A stretch of DNA of 64,000 bases from a virus (lineage: Duplodnaviria > Caudoviricetes): positions 1 to 64,000 of IMG/VR virus record IMGVR_UViG_3300033068_000943; one strand, 5' to 3'. Positions 62,435 through 64,000 of the stretch are shown here, piece by piece. The notes beneath the pieces were generated by a model. That model did not search any database, was not told the origin of the DNA, and worked only from the letters and a program-made list of their open reading frames with translations. Position numbers and translations under genes: made by a program. Positions within the stretch are counted from its first letter, which is position 1; each line of letters begins with the position of its first letter.

Positions 62435-62758
62435 TCAGGCCACCGCCTCGACGCTGAAAACTATGTCGCCGAAGCTGCGGTGCTTGTTGGCGAATGCCTG
62501 GGCCTCCGAAAGCGTCGGCAGAACGCGTGACCACACCGGCATCGTCTCGCCGTAGGTTACGCGGTATCCGGCACGCTGCTTCAGCGTTGCGACGACGTGG
62601 ACGCGGCCCTTGTAGTCGTACTCGACTAGCCGCGCCGCTGTTGTCAGCGTGCCCTTGACGTAACCCCACGTCTTGAGCGCATCCGCCTTCGTGCCTCCAA
62701 TGGTGGCGTGATCTGTCCACTTGTCGTTGATCTTTGTCTGAATGGCGAACGTATCCAT
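62435..62758 (-). CDS. Hypothetical protein
   Basis: AGGGG SD; MDTFAIQTKINDKW. Confidence 0.6.
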   Translation of the reverse strand: MDTFAIQTKINDKWTDHATIGGTKADALKTWGYVKGTLTTAARLVEYDYKGRVHVVATLKQRAGYRVTYGETMPVWSRVLPTLSEAQAFANKHRSFGDIVFSVEAVA

Positions 62759-62839
62759 GCCCGGCCCCTGTTGTTGCTTCTGGTTCTGCTGAACCGTCGA
62801 CGTCGATTGGCAACAGCGTCGCCATTCTGGAGCCACCTT

Positions 62840-63193
62840 TTAATCCGCGACCCTACGAAACCCTTTGGGCGTATATTCGCGCTGACGGCGGACCTCGTAG
62901 ATGCCGGTCGCAAACATGATCGGTTCATGAGTGTCGTGTGGGCGCAGATGTTCAAGCGCGGTTGGACGGTTGACTTCCAGCCATGCAACGAGAGGATTGT
63001 CGCCCTGATACATTCGCACGGCGGGCTTGCCGCGCTTGCGGTCGAGCACCATGACGTGATCGTGGCCCGTCTCGGAGTGCGTGACGATCACGCGGCCATT
63101 GTCAGCCGCGACGGGCTTGGCCTCTTTCGGCAGCGCCGCGACGCGGCGAATTAGCACGTCGCCTTGAGCGCAAACTTGGTCAAACGTCCTCAT
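62840..63193 (-). CDS. Conserved phage protein (QGDV / HSETGHDH family), paralog of 746-1102
   Basis: [60 protein letters not shown]. Confidence 0.8.
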   Translation of the reverse strand: MRTFDQVCAQGDVLIRRVAALPKEAKPVAADNGRVIVTHSETGHDHVMVLDRKRGKPAVRMYQGDNPLVAWLEVNRPTALEHLRPHDTHEPIMFATGIYEVRRQREYTPKGFRRVAD

Positions 63194-63999
63194 GTTCTTA
63201 CCTCCGGTTTTGCAAATTCTTTGGGGTCCAATCCCCACGTCCACGCCTGCGCCTCGATGGCAGTCTTCATCTTCGGCGGCACAGGCAACGCAAACTCACG
63301 CATCGTCCCGCATTGTACCCTAAGAAACCGCTCTCGCCCCACATCGGGGATATTGACCTCGACAAGCGTCCCGACCTGGGGATCGGCGTGCCTATCGATC
63401 GTCGTGGCCTTTAGCTCATTCAAGATGTTATGCCACCCGACGATTTCGCAGGCTGCTCGGCGCTGCTCGATATTTCCGCACGTGAGCGCTGTCGCGGCTG
63501 TTAGCGCGGCACGATCCTCAATCCATTCTTGAGGAATGAGGACGCCGCGCCAAAAATACAGATCCTCGGCGTCACTTTCAACCGCTGGCCCGTCTTCTTT
63601 GTGAAGCCTTCTCTGACCATCGACGTGGACTCTGGGTTTCGCCACCCAATAGAGAATGTCATCAGTCCAGAACAAAAACCAACATCCGGACTCATACGCC
63701 GACAGTAGTGGCTCGGCCCATTTTGACACAGTGGACTGCTTCGTTTCTCGCGCCCCGAATGCCGTCGTCGATAACCACGATAAATCCCATGAATTTAACC
63801 ATGAAGATCGTGCAAGGCACCACCCGCCGAATTTCTTGAGTGCGTCCCGTGCGTCCAGCGCGGCCCGTGCGGCCTGTGCGGCCCGTGCGGCCCGTGCGTC
63901 CCGTGCGGCCCATGCGGCCCGTGCGGCCCGCGCGTCCAGTGCGTCCCATGCGGCCCGTGCGGCCCGCGCGTCCAGTGCGTCCCGTGCGGCCCGTGCGGC
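63190..63999 (-). CDS. DUF6745-like protein, 5' truncated, with N-terminal AAR/DAR/AAW repeats
   Basis: Frame is open from the window edge ([20 protein letters not shown]...) into [36 protein letters not shown]. Confidence 0.75.
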   Translation of the reverse strand, partial: AARAARDALDARAARAAWDALDARAARAAWAARDARAARAAQAARAALDARDALKKFGGWCLARSSWLNSWDLSWLSTTAFGARETKQSTVSKWAEPLLSAYESGCWFLFWTDDILYWVAKPRVHVDGQRRLHKEDGPAVESDAEDLYFWRGVLIPQEWIEDRAALTAATALTCGNIEQRRAACEIVGWHNILNELKATTIDRHADPQVGTLVEVNIPDVGRERFLRVQCGTMREFALPVPPKMKTAIEAQAWTWGLDPKEFAKPEVRT

Positions 64000-64000
64000 C
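63840..64000 (-). repeat. 9-bp coding tandem repeat (GCCGCACGG/GACGCACGG variants)
   Basis: Imperfect 9-nt units running to the window edge. Confidence 0.9.

Noticed and set aside
1-64000. Genome-wide stop-codon reassignment (suggested by the RF and the internal UGA)
   Set aside because: TGA, TAG and TAA all end well-formed genes with tight ATGA coupling, and long genes are uninterrupted in the standard code; only the RF gene shows an internal stop.

Overview
The window is a GC-rich tailed-phage (Caudoviricetes) segment, probably podovirus-like, with a likely alphaproteobacterial host (inferred). No bacterial housekeeping genes, integrase, DNA polymerase or helicase were recognised. A long minus-strand late region (about 47.3 kb down to 2.4 kb) runs: TerS, TerL, portal, two polyvalent-type proteins, GroES-like chaperonin, scaffold, major capsid, adaptor/tail genes, large ejection/polyvalent proteins (InPase, LPD23+HExxH, ART-like, S74) and a lysis cassette. 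A minus-strand translation module (52.7-55.6 kb) holds an RHH regulator, a domain-1-less RF1-like release factor interrupted by an in-frame UGA, four tRNAs (Pro, Thr, Trp, Met) and an ATG-AAA-TAG minigene; this is the most striking system. Small early genes follow on the + strand from a duplicated promoter, then an IS1-family scar. After that come minus-strand small genes joined by short direct repeats, including a DpdA/TGT-like plus QueF-like pair. Both window ends fall in the low-complexity N-terminal repeats of two inverted paralogous DUF6745-like/QGDV gene pairs. All family assignments come from motif recognition by eye, not database searches.
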